A stretch of DNA of 61,339 nt, filler included. It is 8 parts of 8 records of this genome, joined end to end, with 100 filler letters (N's around TTAATTAATTAA, not from the genome) between each part and the next. Parts side by side here need not be neighbours in the genome. Positions count along the whole stretch, not along the records: positions 20,613 to 28,557 come from SRR7504441_2490; positions 28,658 to 32,601 come from SRR7504441_2507; positions 32,702 to 37,527 come from SRR7504441_2523; 5 more parts are not named here. One strand, written 5' to 3'. This document shows positions 23,798-34,680 of this stretch, piece after piece. The notes under the pieces are model-generated. The model was not told where the DNA came from and did no database searches. It worked only from the letters and a program-made list of their open reading frames with translations. Numbering within the stretch: the first letter of the stretch is position 1; the number at the start of each line of letters is the position of its first letter. The translations under genes and the position numbers were made by a program.

Positions 23798-26700
23798 ATG
23801 GGTGATGTCCGTTACCTAACTGAAGGTGCACCGGTGGGAAACCTCGGGCACGCGATGGGGGAACCATGGAACTCTGCTGTGATTGCGTTCGTGATTGCGC
23901 TGGTCATTCAGACCGTGGTGCTCGTCTTCTGCCTCACCTTCTTCGGCTGCTGCCGGAACAGCTACCGGTGCCGCCCCCTCGCCGCGCTCGGGCGAGCCGG
24001 TTGGCAGCGACCTGTACTTCAAGCTGCGAGAAGCCGAGTTCTTGCCCCGAGGCATGTTCGCCTGGATGATCAAAGTGTACAGCGCCGACGACGTCGAGCT
24101 CCACGCCAGGCGCCCCCGGGCCGGGCCGGCTGGCCGAGCGGGTGGCAGCCCGGACGGACTGGTATCCACTTGGATCCTCGGGCTGCTTTTCAAGGTCTCT
24201 GCGGTGAGTGCGGTGCTCGGGCTGGCGGTCTGCCTGCCGATCAACATGGTCGCCGAGCCGGTTGGCGTTAACGGGCTCGAGATGCTATCCACGGCCAACG
24301 TCAAGGAGGAATCATACTACCTGATCGCCCACGGCTTTTGCATCGGAATCTCTGTGGCCGTCGGCTGCTTCCTCATTGGCCAGCTCGCCGAGCGGTACTC
24401 CAGCTGGCGCACCGAGCAGCTCAAGCGCCGGCTTCCCGAAAACTATTTCGCCCTCATCCGCGGTGCGCGCCAGCTGAAGCCGCCACCGCCCGCTGAGCCT
24501 CGGGGCAAGGGATCGGGGAGGCAGACGACGTTACCTACGCCCCGGACCAGCCTGGGGCGCCGGTGAACGTCTCGCGGGACCCCAAGGCTCTGGCGCTCCA
24601 GCTGCAGGGCCAGTTGGACGAGGCGCTGGCTCGGGCAGCTCGGGGAGAGCTGGCACAGGTGACTGGGCTCGAGAAAGCCAGCCCGCGGGAAGGATCCCCG
24701 CGGAGCGAGCACCACAAGCCCGAGTTCCAGCCGTCGCACATCCTGGCCGGTGGCCGCCGCTGGCTGCGCCGCTCAGCCGGGGGCAAGCCACTCTATTCTG
24801 TGAAACCGAGGATGTCGAGGAGATCTCCAAGGAGAAGGACGAGGTGGCCGGCTGCGGCGGCGGGGAGAGGAGCCGCGGGCAGGCCGAGCTGGCCAAGGAG
24901 CAGGCCGAGGCAGCGTACAGCCTGGACCAGCAGACGGGCTCCTCTGAGCGGCCGCAGCACAGGGAGGGCGGCTGCCTATGCTGCTGCGGTCAGACAGTAG
25001 ACTCTATCGACTGGTATCGCAAGGCCTGGCCGGCAGTCCAGCCGTGGCAGGTACGGCAAGACCAAGATCCCAGAGTTGGAGCAGCAGCTGGCCGCGGTCG
25101 AGGTGCCAAAACTGCTTCCTCTCCACTCCGGTGTGATAGGATTCTCGAGCCTTCGGGTGCCGCCACGGCCGGACCGTAGCGCGAGACCCGGCCAGGCGGC
25201 GGCCACCTGCATCGGAGAGGACCCTGCCGACACGGCTACCTCCAACATGTTCAACAGAGTGGGTGCGGCCGAGGTGTGGAAAGCGCCGGCTCCACACGAT
25301 GTTTGCTGGGAGAAAATGGGCGAGCTGAGCACTCCTTGCGCCAACCGCAAGGGCAGCCGGCCGGCCGACTGTGTCTGACTGGCCGCAGCCAACTGCCTGC
25401 TCTTCACTCTCAACCTGCTCTATGCAATCATCATGGGCGCCCTGGCCTCGCTGACCAGCCTGGATAGGTAGCCACGCGGCCGGCGCTGATGAGCGACTGT
25501 TGCAGCCTGGACGATAAGTGCGGCTGCCTCGGGTTTGTAGAATCGCTCGACGAGACCAGCAAGGGCGTGGTTGAGGTGGCCCGGCTATGTGGCACAGGCT
25601 CAGTGTGTCCTGGCAGAACTTGGTGCCTGTGCTCATCTTGCTGGTGTTGCTGATGCTCGTGCCCGGGGTGATCTACTCAATCAACTTCATGCGGGTGCCC
25701 CCCGCTCCCGGCCGGAGCTCACACGCCGCTAGAACCTGATTGCGTACTCGCACGTTGGGTTTGCTTCGTTCGACTCCCATTTTTACCTGCTCTTTTTCAA
25801 CGTTTTTGTGGTCTTTGTGATCGCTGGGTCGATCTTCCAAGAGGCAACAGAGCTGCGGCAGCCCTGGCTCACCGGGCTGCTTTAGATCGAAAAATTGTTC
25901 GATGGCCCGAGTGCGGCTGTTGAGTCGCTCGGCAATGCGGTGCCCAAGAACGCTCGCTTCTTCATCGTGCGCCAGCCCATGGTTCGGATCCAGCCTGGTG
26001 GGCAGATCTACGTGATGGCTCTTGGGATGGGAGGGCTGGCCACCAAGCTGGTCATGCTCGGGGACTTGATCATGGGTGCGCCAGGCGGCGGACGAGCTCA
26101 CCGACTCACCGCCCGGGCAGGCCGGCTCACCCAGTGCTGCTGTTCCAAGACCGAGCACGACATGGAAGAGGCGATGAGCGTCGCCCCGTTCGACGTGATG
26201 GTCGGTTCGCCTCTGCGCTCGGCTGCTGACTGTTGTCCAGAAAGAGCTGCCGATCTTCTTGGTCTCGTTCTCAATATGCATGGGCTTTACAGCGATCGCG
26301 CCGCTCATCAATCCATTCGGAGTGCGCCGGCCCGGCTGCCGCGCGAGCCGCTCTAGGTGATACACTTTGGGTTTGGCTATCTGGTGGTCAAGCAGCAGCT
26401 GCTCTGCGTGCGCAAGGTCGGGCGCCACGTGCCCTTCTGGCCGGAGGCCGAGTACGACGGAGCCGGCGCGATGATGAGCTCCATGATCCACTTTACGCTG
26501 GTCGGGCTCCTCTCCAGTGTCGTGCTCAACTCGGCTTACCTCTTCGTCCGCAAGAGCTACGCTGCCGGCGCCGTCGCTCTGGCCGTGCTCCCGTATCTGA
26601 TTTATGTCTGGTGCGGCGTGGCCGAGTTCGGCTGAGCGCGTTGGCAGGCGGCGGACCAGTCAGATCTTGGCACTCACTCGCACGCTCCAGCCAGTCCAGT

Positions 26701-27235
26701 ACATGGATAGGCTGGGCGCGCACTCCAACCAGGCAACCGCTTCACCGCTCGCCAGCTGACCGCGGGCTAGGTATCGCTGAGCGATCTGTTTGGGGCCACG
26801 GAGCCTGCAAACCGGCAGTTTGCGCTCCGGGTCTCGTGCTCGCAGTCTTCGGCTCCAGCGGCGCGCGCAGGGCTGTACTACCAGCGGCCTTGCCTGGCGG
26901 CCATCGACAAGCAGAGCTGCTGGACGTACTGCGACGAGGCGCCCGGCCGCTCGGCGCCCTGTTGAGCAGACTGGCAGGAGCTGGAGATCCGGCGGCCGAC
27001 TGACACGACGGAGGTGCTCCCCGACAAGTCGGTTGACGTGTTGCCGGACCATGGGCCGCTCACAGTCGACCCCAACCCGCTCCCCCGCAAACCAGCCCCG
27101 CCCAAGCCGGAGCCGCCAGCCAAGCCGGAGCCGCCAGCCAAGAGGAGTTTCAGCTCGAGGCAGGCGCCGCCTCAGATGGGTACGGTGAATCCGGACCAAG
27201 ACGAGGATCTGCCAATCGACATCCAGATGATCTAG
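23798..27235 (+). CDS. OSCA/TMEM63 (CSC1-like) Ca2+-permeable stress-gated cation channel, intron-rich
   Basis: N-terminal TM segment, LPIN, LSTANV, VDSIDWY, APAPHDVCWE, LGNAVPKNARFFIIYVM and IAPLINPFG...GYLVVKQQLL motifs. Confidence 0.85.
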
Positions 27236-27656
27236 ATCGACCCGGCGGTTTAGGACAAGCTATAGTCAATGCGGAATCTTGCTCCATCGTGCAACAGCAA
27301 CTTCACCTCCACGACCTCCAAACCCGTAGGAACTGTAACGAAAGGTTTCGTAAGGAGGACAGTCTCGTGAGAACTGCACGAATACATTTTCTCGTACATG
27401 CCAGTACTCGTACTCGTATGATTATGCATGCATGCATTGAACAAAATTAATGAATCCCTTTACTTACAATCACTAGAACTATGTACACTATAGATCACCT
27501 CTTCTACGAACTTTATTCATTTGTAATCCGCATACAATCATGATTGTGTTTGATCAATTGTGACAGTGATACGAACTCGTATGTCCGTTTACAATACATG
27601 ACATTGTAAAGTAATCCCGTGCAAACATTGCGACGTGGGTCTCTCTCGCCTAGTAC

Positions 27657-28284
27657 CTATCTATTGCTCTGACTCACCAGGTGAGTTCCAGGCCTCTGGA
27701 AGCATCCTATGCTCGCCCCCGGGCGCCTAGGCGTACATCTCTCGGAGCCCACCCACCCGTTGGTACCCGCCCAGGTGCTCCCGCACCCGCAGATAAGCCT
27801 CGGTCTGCCTCTGGTCCGCGGCCATCCTCGCCCGCTCCTCCGCCTCCGCATGTTCCTGCTGCTGCCGCACTAAATCCTGGTGGGCCTGCTGCTGCTTCCG
27901 TCTGGCCTCGGCCCCCCGCGCCAGGTGCGCGCTGTGCGCCTTCCGCTCGGCCTCGCGCACCGCCTCTTCGTAGGCCTCCCTGGCTCGCTCGCTGTGCTTC
28001 ATCCCGTGCTGCGGCCGCCCGACCGAGCTCCCGTACCCGGGGTAGCGCCGTCCAGTGCTCAGCCGGCCCGGGGCTGGCTCACCGCTGGCTCGGGCCATTC
28101 GCCGTGCGGCCGCGCGGGCTGGGGCGGCCTGGAGCAAGCTGGCGTTGAGCGATTCGGCCTGGATGCGGGTGGCCGTGATCATCTCCGGCGTGAACGTGGG
28201 CAGGCTGGACCGCACCGGTATGCTCCGCTCGTACTGCTGCGGGTAGGTGCTCAACACAACACCGCCTTGTCCACGCGGGACCAT
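27657..28284 (-). CDS. hypothetical coiled-coil protein
   Basis: 185-aa ORF rich in E/R/Q/A. The 3' end is uncertain (27727 or 27657). Confidence 0.45.
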
Positions 28285-28557
28285 CGTGAAGCCGTTATGT
28301 GCAACGGCAAAACGCAGGTGTTACGCTGGCTGCTGCTCCTGCAAGCGTCGAGCCGTCGACGTGAGTTGAGAATCGAGTCGCCTAGCCCAATGCAAACCTT
28401 GAAGTGCTCAAATGAGTCGGTCAAGAACCAGAAAGTAGTTAGCGACGTACTTACATGATTGTATCGTCTCTCATTAAGACTAAGTTAGTCATGAAGTTAG
28501 TCTCGGGGTACGGGTAGAGTTGGGGTTGCGCAATGCGCTACGCGTTCCGGCTGCTTG

Positions 28558-28657
28558 NNNNNNNNNNNNNNNNNNNNNNNNNNNNNNNNNNNNNNNNNNN
28601 NTTAATTAATTAANNNNNNNNNNNNNNNNNNNNNNNNNNNNNNNNNNNNNNNNNNNN
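28558..28657. other. artificial contig linker
   Basis: N-run + TTAATTAATTAA + N-run. Confidence 0.98.
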
Positions 28658-28762
28658 ACACTCATGTACAGTAATTAATGTAAAATGCACAATTTTAAAT
28701 ACACAATATTCGATTGGTTGATTTAGTCACATTAGTTTGGCCCATAATATCTACTGGACTCA

Positions 28763-29975
28763 TCACATTCCAGCCGTCTTAGTCTCGCAGCCACTGAAAG
28801 AGTGTACAACGAGCTTAGCGTCATATCCAACAGAAACCAAGAATTTGTGACTTGGGTGCCATGCAACATCTTGTGGAGCCTCAGTGTGTCCAGTGTAGCT
28901 TGCAACTGGGTTTGAATCGTCTGTTGAGCATTGGACATCAAACACATTGACCTGGAATCAATCAGACTACCGGGCTCCATCATGGCCCACCTTGTCGTCA
29001 AAGCTGGTGGTTGCAACAAGGCTGAGTCCCTCTTGAGCCGCACAAACACTGCACAGCACCTCATTTTCATTTCACCGCCCCATGCTCACCTGGTGATGGT
29101 TGCGCTGTGCCCCTCGAATCGACGGCATGGCTCGTTCAGCTGCCGAGTATCAAACACTAGAAGATCCTTGGAATCGCAGCCCAGCTGACCCCGCTGCGAT
29201 CAGGTTGCACCGGGCACATGCTGACCGCAAACTGATAGCTCGGGTTGCCATGAATCCACGACAGACTAGTCACGCAGCAGCTGCCGGTCAGGCTGAACAC
29301 CCAGCTGGGCTGGGCCACCCACCGGCCCTGCTCAACCTGGATGGACTGAGTGGCGGCGGCCTGCCTCCGGTCCCACAGCAGCGCAATCCTGCGATCGATC
29401 CTGCTCAGCTCGAGGCAGGCCGCTCACCCATCGGCAGCGCCAGACACTATCTGCTCAGGGCCGTTCGAAGCCACCGAGTGCACCTGCACCCTGGATGTCC
29501 GGCCAGTCGGGTGGCGCCGCACCTTGCCGGTGTGTCCGCTGAGCGTCTGCAGGCAGCTGCTGGTACTCATGTCCCACACTTGCACCGTCCGATCGGAACC
29601 ACCCGAAAGCACGACGGCGCCCCCAGGCTCGGCATCCACGCAGAGAACGTTCTCATGCCGGGTGTCCAAGCTGGCTAGCTGCTTGTCGCCGCTCTGCACA
29701 GGGTCCCACACCAGCAGCTTGCCGTCGTCGTGCCCACTCACCACGCTGCTGAGCTCGCTGCCCGCCCACGCGCACCCGGCGATCCCGGTGTCGGTGGTGA
29801 AGCTCGACTGCTTTGTGACCGCCCCGGTCTGCGGGTCGATCCTGTATACCGACAGCTGGCCGCCCCACACCTCGCCCGCAAAGTCGCTCGAGCACACCAC
29901 CGCCAAGTCCTGCTGGCTCGGACAGAACCGCACACAGTCGCTCGGCAGCTCCAAAGCTTCTGCGCACGCTGCCAT
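28763..29975 (-). CDS. WD40-repeat protein, MEP50/WDR77-like
   Basis: WD repeats SGHDDGKLLVWD, SGGSDRTVQVWD and GHTEAPQDVAWHP...SVGYD. The SSDFAGEVWGGQL...GIAGCAW N-terminus resembles MEP50. Confidence 0.7.
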
Positions 29976-30228
29976 GTCTGAGTGCTGGTCGAGTCGACCG
30001 GAAGCAGGTCCGTTGTACCAAGTCCAGTATATCAGTGTCCCCCAAGTAGACTGACTGACTACCGGACTACAGTATTGTGATCTACAATCATATTGTGCTC
30101 TTTCATTAAATTCTGTCGTAGTCGGTTGACTATAGTTGTGCATGTGTTCATACAGTAGATTTACTCATGAAACATGTTTGAATCTTAAAGAGTATCTTAA
30201 AGACTCAATAATTGAATCATTCATAAAG

Positions 30229-31377
30229 CTAGCAACCCTCTGCACACAGCCATCGCTCGGCATCCATAGCCGCCATCGCGCCAGTGCCCGCGCTGGTGAT
30301 CGCTTGCCGGTACACCCGATCCGCCGCATCGCCCGCTGCAAACACACCGGCGACCGATGTGGCTGTGTGACTGCCGGCCATTGTCCTGATGTAACCCTCC
30401 GGGTCAGTTGCAATTTGTGGGGGATCGTCTGAACACTTTTTGCCCAAATCCTGCTCACCGGTGAACATCGCAGTATTGGGTTTGTGCCCTATTGCCACAA
30501 ATGCGCCCTCGGTTGGGATCCGGCGCTCAAGACCGGCCGTATCCCGCACCACCACTGCAGTCAGTTTGGACCCGTCGCCCTCAAATTGGCTGACGGTGCT
30601 GTTCCACACAAACTCGACTTTAGGGTTGAGTCTGGCCCGGTCGGCCATGATCTTGGACGCCCGCACAGAGCCGCCTCGCACTATCAGCTTGACGCTAGTG
30701 CAGATCCGCGCCAGGAAGAGGGCTGTCTCCATTGCAGTATCGCCGCCCCCGACCACCACCACCCGCTGGCCCTTGAAAAACCAGCCGTCGCAGGTGGCGC
30801 AGGCGGCCACCCCTTTGTTAAAGTACTCGGCCTCGCCCGGGGCGTTCAGCCACTTGGAGGTGGCGCCTGACGCAATGATCAGCGCCTTGAAGAATAGCAC
30901 CACTCCGCCAGTGCTGGTGAGCGAGTACGGCTTGCGGCGCAGGTTGACGCTCTCCACCGTGAGCGAGCCGAACCGCGCGCCGAACTGGACCGCCTGCGTC
31001 TTAAAACTTTGCATGATCTCCGACCCGGAGGCGTTCCAGCTGCACGATGGGAAGTTCTCCACCAGCCCGGTGCTCGACAGCTGCCCACCGTCGTGCGAGA
31101 TCACCAGAGGACGCAGGTTGGCCCGGCTGGCGTAGATGGCGGCGCTCAGGCCGGCCGGGCCAGCGCCGAGGATGACCAGGGTCTCTGTGCTGTTGGCCAG
31201 TTGGGCGGGATCGATCGGCTGGTCAGAGGCGGGCTCGCTTACCGGCATCGGCGGGTGCTGCATCGCCTCCAGGAACGGCAGCGCCGACAGCCCCGACAGC
31301 TCGGCCACTGACAGCATGCAGCAGCAGTTCACCACGAGCAGCAGCCACTGTATGCTGCTCCTCGCCTCGTGCGGCAT
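30229..31377 (-). CDS. trxB: low-Mr (TrxB/NTR-type) thioredoxin-disulfide reductase with N-terminal hydrophobic extension
   Basis: GAGPAGLSAAIY, GGQL, ENFP, ACATCDG active site, VVGGGDTAME, AIGHKPNT and GVFAAGD...YRQAITSAGTG. Possible 30-nt in-frame intron at about 30429-30458. Confidence 0.93.
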   Translation of the reverse strand: MPHEARSSIQWLLLVVNCCCMLSVAELSGLSALPFLEAMQHPPMPVSEPASDQPIDPAQLANSTETLVILGAGPAGLSAAIYASRANLRPLVISHDGGQLSSTGLVENFPSCSWNASGSEIMQSFKTQAVQFGARFGSLTVESVNLRRKPYSLTSTGGVVLFFKALIIASGATSKWLNAPGEAEYFNKGVAACATCDGWFFKGQRVVVVGGGDTAMETALFLARICTSVKLIVRGGSVRASKIMADRARLNPKVEFVWNSTVSQFEGDGSKLTAVVVRDTAGLERRIPTEGAFVAIGHKPNTAMFTGEQDLGKKCSDDPPQIATDPEGYIRTMAGSHTATSVAGVFAAGDAADRVYRQAITSAGTGAMAAMDAERWLCAEGC

Positions 31378-31536
31378 CTCTCCCGTCGTCAAGTCAACAC
31401 GACTTCGTCCGTTACTACGTGCTCGGGTGAGGGCTGGCGGAACAAAGGGGGGCCCTCAAGTACGTCTGAGCCACAAACTACGCCTGAGGGCCCCCCTTTG
31501 CGATCATGTGGGACTCGCCTACTCGTTGCATTGCTT

Positions 31537-32601
31537 TTAATTGATTCTGACGCACCTGTCCATCGATGTGTTCCTATCCGGTAGCAACGGATCTTGGTAG
31601 TAATAAGGGATATCAGACCAGTTATGAGCTGCAAAGCTCCACACAAACTGGCATCCCTCCGGGCCAGCCTCCACCCCGTGCGGCGTCCCGGCTGGAATCT
31701 CCACAAACAGCCCGGTAGCAGCCTCCTGGCTCTGATCGCCCAGCCAGACTAGCCCGCCGCCTTGCGTGAACAGATAGGTCTCGTGATACGGCGCCGGGTG
31801 GTGGTGTATTGGTATCATGCAGTTGGGCGCGAGCCGCAGCACTCCTTGCACCAGCCCAGTCTGGCTCGGACTGCCGGTTAGTTCGACCCACTCGGTCCGG
31901 TGCCGGGCGCGGAGCACCGGGTCTGGGTGCGATGACTGCCAAGAGCTCCAAGCCATCTGGTCTATTCGCCGGCACACTGCGCAGCCCAGAGTCGCCTGGC
32001 TAGGGATGGCCTGTCCCGCCTTTAGTGCCGCCACGATTTCGGAGTGGCCCGTGGAAGCCGCCATCATCAGCGCACTGTCGCCATTCTCAGCCTCTAAGTC
32101 CAGACTCGCCCTCGCTCGGATCAGCGCCGTTGCGATCTCGACGTGGCCGTTGCTAGCTGCTTGCATCAGCGCAGTGATCCCATTCTCATCCTGGAGGTCC
32201 AGCCCCGCCCCTGCCTCGACCAGCGCCGCCGCTATCTCAGAATGGCCTTCGTCGGCTGCTTTGATCAGCGCCGTTGTACCGTAATGAGCCTGCAGGTCCA
32301 GCCCCGCCCCAGCTTTGATCAGCGCCGCCACCGTTGTCGTGCGGCCATAGTTAGCCGCTTGGATCAGCGCTGTGCTCCCTCGCTGATTCTGCAGGTTCAG
32401 CCCCGCCCGCGCCCCAATCAGCACCGCCGCTATCTCAGTGTGGCCCCACGTAGCCGCCAGGATCAGCGCCGTCTCATCATTCACATCCTGAAGGTCCAGC
32501 GGTGCACCAGCCACCATCAGACGCAGCAACGGCTCGATAGCTCCGTCCCGCGCCAGCTCGACCACCAGCCGGCCCGCCGCCTCGCCCCGCGCGCTCTCCA
32601 G
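31537..32601 (-). CDS. ankyrin-repeat protein fused to a C-terminal cupin resembling DddW/DddK DMSP lyases; 5'-truncated
   Basis: Continuous ORF with about 5-6 ankyrin repeats, then cupin motif 1 (APNCMIPIHHHPAPYHETY...QGGG) and motif 2 (GLFVEIPAGTPHGVEAGPEG). Confidence 0.8.
   Translation of the reverse strand: MESARGEAAGRLVVELARDGAIEPLLRLMVAGAPLDLQDVNDETALILAATWGHTEIAAVLIGARAGLNLQNQRGSTALIQAANYGRTTTVAALIKAGAGLDLQAHYGTTALIKAADEGHSEIAAALVEAGAGLDLQDENGITALMQAASNGHVEIATALIRARASLDLEAENGDSALMMAASTGHSEIVAALKAGQAIPSQATLGCAVCRRIDQMAWSSWQSSHPDPVLRARHRTEWVELTGSPSQTGLVQGVLRLAPNCMIPIHHHPAPYHETYLFTQGGGLVWLGDQSQEAATGLFVEIPAGTPHGVEAGPEGCQFVWSFAAHNWSDIPYYYQDPLLPDRNTSMDRCVRIN
32030..32560 (-). repeat. 99-bp coding tandem repeats (near-identical ankyrin units)
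   Basis: GAGLDLQ...G.TALI.AA..GH.EIA recurs every 33 codons with shared nucleotide strings such as (g)ctggacct(g/c)cag and gcgctgatc. Confidence 0.7.
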
Positions 32602-32701
32602 NNNNNNNNNNNNNNNNNNNNNNNNNNNNNNNNNNNNNNNNNNNNTTAATTAATTAANNNNNNNNNNNNNNNNNNNNNNNNNNNNNNNNNNNNNNNNNNN
32701 N
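32602..32701. other. artificial contig linker
   Basis: N-run + TTAATTAATTAA + N-run. Confidence 0.98.
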
Positions 32702-34371
32702 CTGTTAATAACTCCTCCACGGACACCTATCAGCCACAATCAGCCGTGCAAACACAAGATGGCCGTGCACACCTCCGCCTGGTCAAGGATAGAGACCGTC
32801 GCCTTAGCTCCAGCTGAGTCAGGCAGCCCCTCCGGCAGCGCTGCGGCCACTAGAGGGTACAGCTGCACAGCTGCTTGCCGGCGAGCTTTATCAATCATCA
32901 ATTCCTGGGCCTGTCACAATCCAAACCTCAGCAACGCCTGGCACCACTGGTTTACTTCGCGCCACAGATCCGATCGGCCGTCTTCAATATCTCCCACCGA
33001 GAAATGAATGCACCGCACCTGCGGCCCGCGGGTGTGAGTTTGTGCCATTGTTAGCCCGCCTCACGTCGCGCGAGGAGATGCCTTGACGAAGAGTCCCTCT
33101 CCGCTGCCGTACAATAGCTGTATACATTGCGCATGTGTATAGCCCTGATAGTGCCAGATCGAGCCTGGCCGCTTGAGATAGCCCGGTCCAGGCCCGCTGG
33201 GGTGCCACAGCTACGGCGACCTGCCAAACAGTTGGCTTCGATGCTGATGGCACCCACAACAAGCGCGATGATATATACAAGCATATACTATCTAGCAAGT
33301 ACAAGATCTTGTAGTATGCTGTAATATGACAGCTGAGAGGACCTGCCATGCGATATACGGGCTCCAAGACACCACAAGCACCTGAACAACCCCGCAGATC
33401 AGCCAGCTGCTGCCGCGTGAGCAATCTCACCGCCAGAAAATAAGGCTGAAAGACCGACCCATTCCAAAGCCTGGTGTGCTTGCACGTGAGCGTGCTGTTG
33501 TGCTGGAGGTAGCCCCTGCCGGCCCCGGCTCAGTTTGAATTCGAATTTGAACGGTGTGCCTGGCCCGAATGAGAGAGCCGACAATCCAGGCCCAGCACAA
33601 GAGCATGGGTGCCACACACAGCGTCTGTCAATCCGTGAACAACACTGGAGAGACCACGGGGTCTCACCAGCACCCGCACATTGTGCTCGCCCCCGTACAG
33701 ACATCGCGAGATCTCCGGAAATCTCGGAAACGCCGGATCCGCTGCACCGCCATCTCTCAGCAGCTTGTAGATTCGAATACAAGCACTATGCATTTAGTAA
33801 CAGCCAGGCGCTTACCAGCGAACAGCGCCCAGAGCAGCCCAGCCTGTCCCTCGCGGTCAGTTCCACCGTGCTCGCGCTGGCAGACCATTCCAAGCGCCCC
33901 GGAGGTGCCCCACCCGATCAAGTGATACCTCCACAGCGGCCAAGGCTCTCTGCCCCTCATCTGCATCTCGAAAGAATGCGCTGCGCAACAGCACCACACC
34001 TGCCCGCCGCTGGCCGCCCCGACTGACAGCACCCGCACCGCGGCGCACGCCGTCCCGAACGGGCTCCAGAAGGAGAACGCCCAGCAGGCAGATGGCGAGA
34101 CCAGAACAGGCCGGCCGACGTGGGGGATCTTCACCCAGAGGAAGCAGCCGGCGTAGAACGTGAAGATGGCCAGGGTGATGTTGAGCAGGAAGTGCGAGAC
34201 CCGATCTTCTACTAGCGCCGCGCGGAGAGAGCGCGGCCTGTCCCCGGTGCCGGTATGCAGCGACAGATGCATCACGATCATCGCCACCGCGAGGCAGCCG
34301 CCGACGCAGCCGGCGAAGACGGCAGTGTCGAACCCGGGCGGGTCGTCCCAGTCTTCTGGGCCGCTCGGCAT
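32702..34371 (-). CDS. 7TM GPCR-like protein (cAMP-receptor/Frizzled-like), multi-exon, C-terminus appears to run off the contig
   Basis: Hydrophobic segments, Cys at the start of TM3 (SACWAFSFW), RYHLIGWG in TM4, Cys in the extracellular loop (SRCLYG) and VLVVSWSPY in TM6. Confidence 0.55.
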
Positions 34372-34680
34372 TCGGTCTTCACGGGCTGCCCCGTGAGCAC
34401 GCCTGTTCGAAGCCGGTTTGAGTCACACCGATAAAAAAAAAATAAAGGACTTGTAACACACAGAGTCTTTTTTATTTACTGTAATCGCAAGTAGTATTAA
34501 TACTTGTAACGCCATCAGCGACATTTGTACATTCGTCTCCTGTCGATAAAAATAAAAATAAGGACCTGTAATAGTCTCCTGTAACCACTCGATAAAAAAA
34601 GAATCGTAAAGTGGTTCGAGTGTGATCATGAATTCATCGAGCAATCGAGTCTCTTTATATTTGTCCGAATTGCGGTAGCC

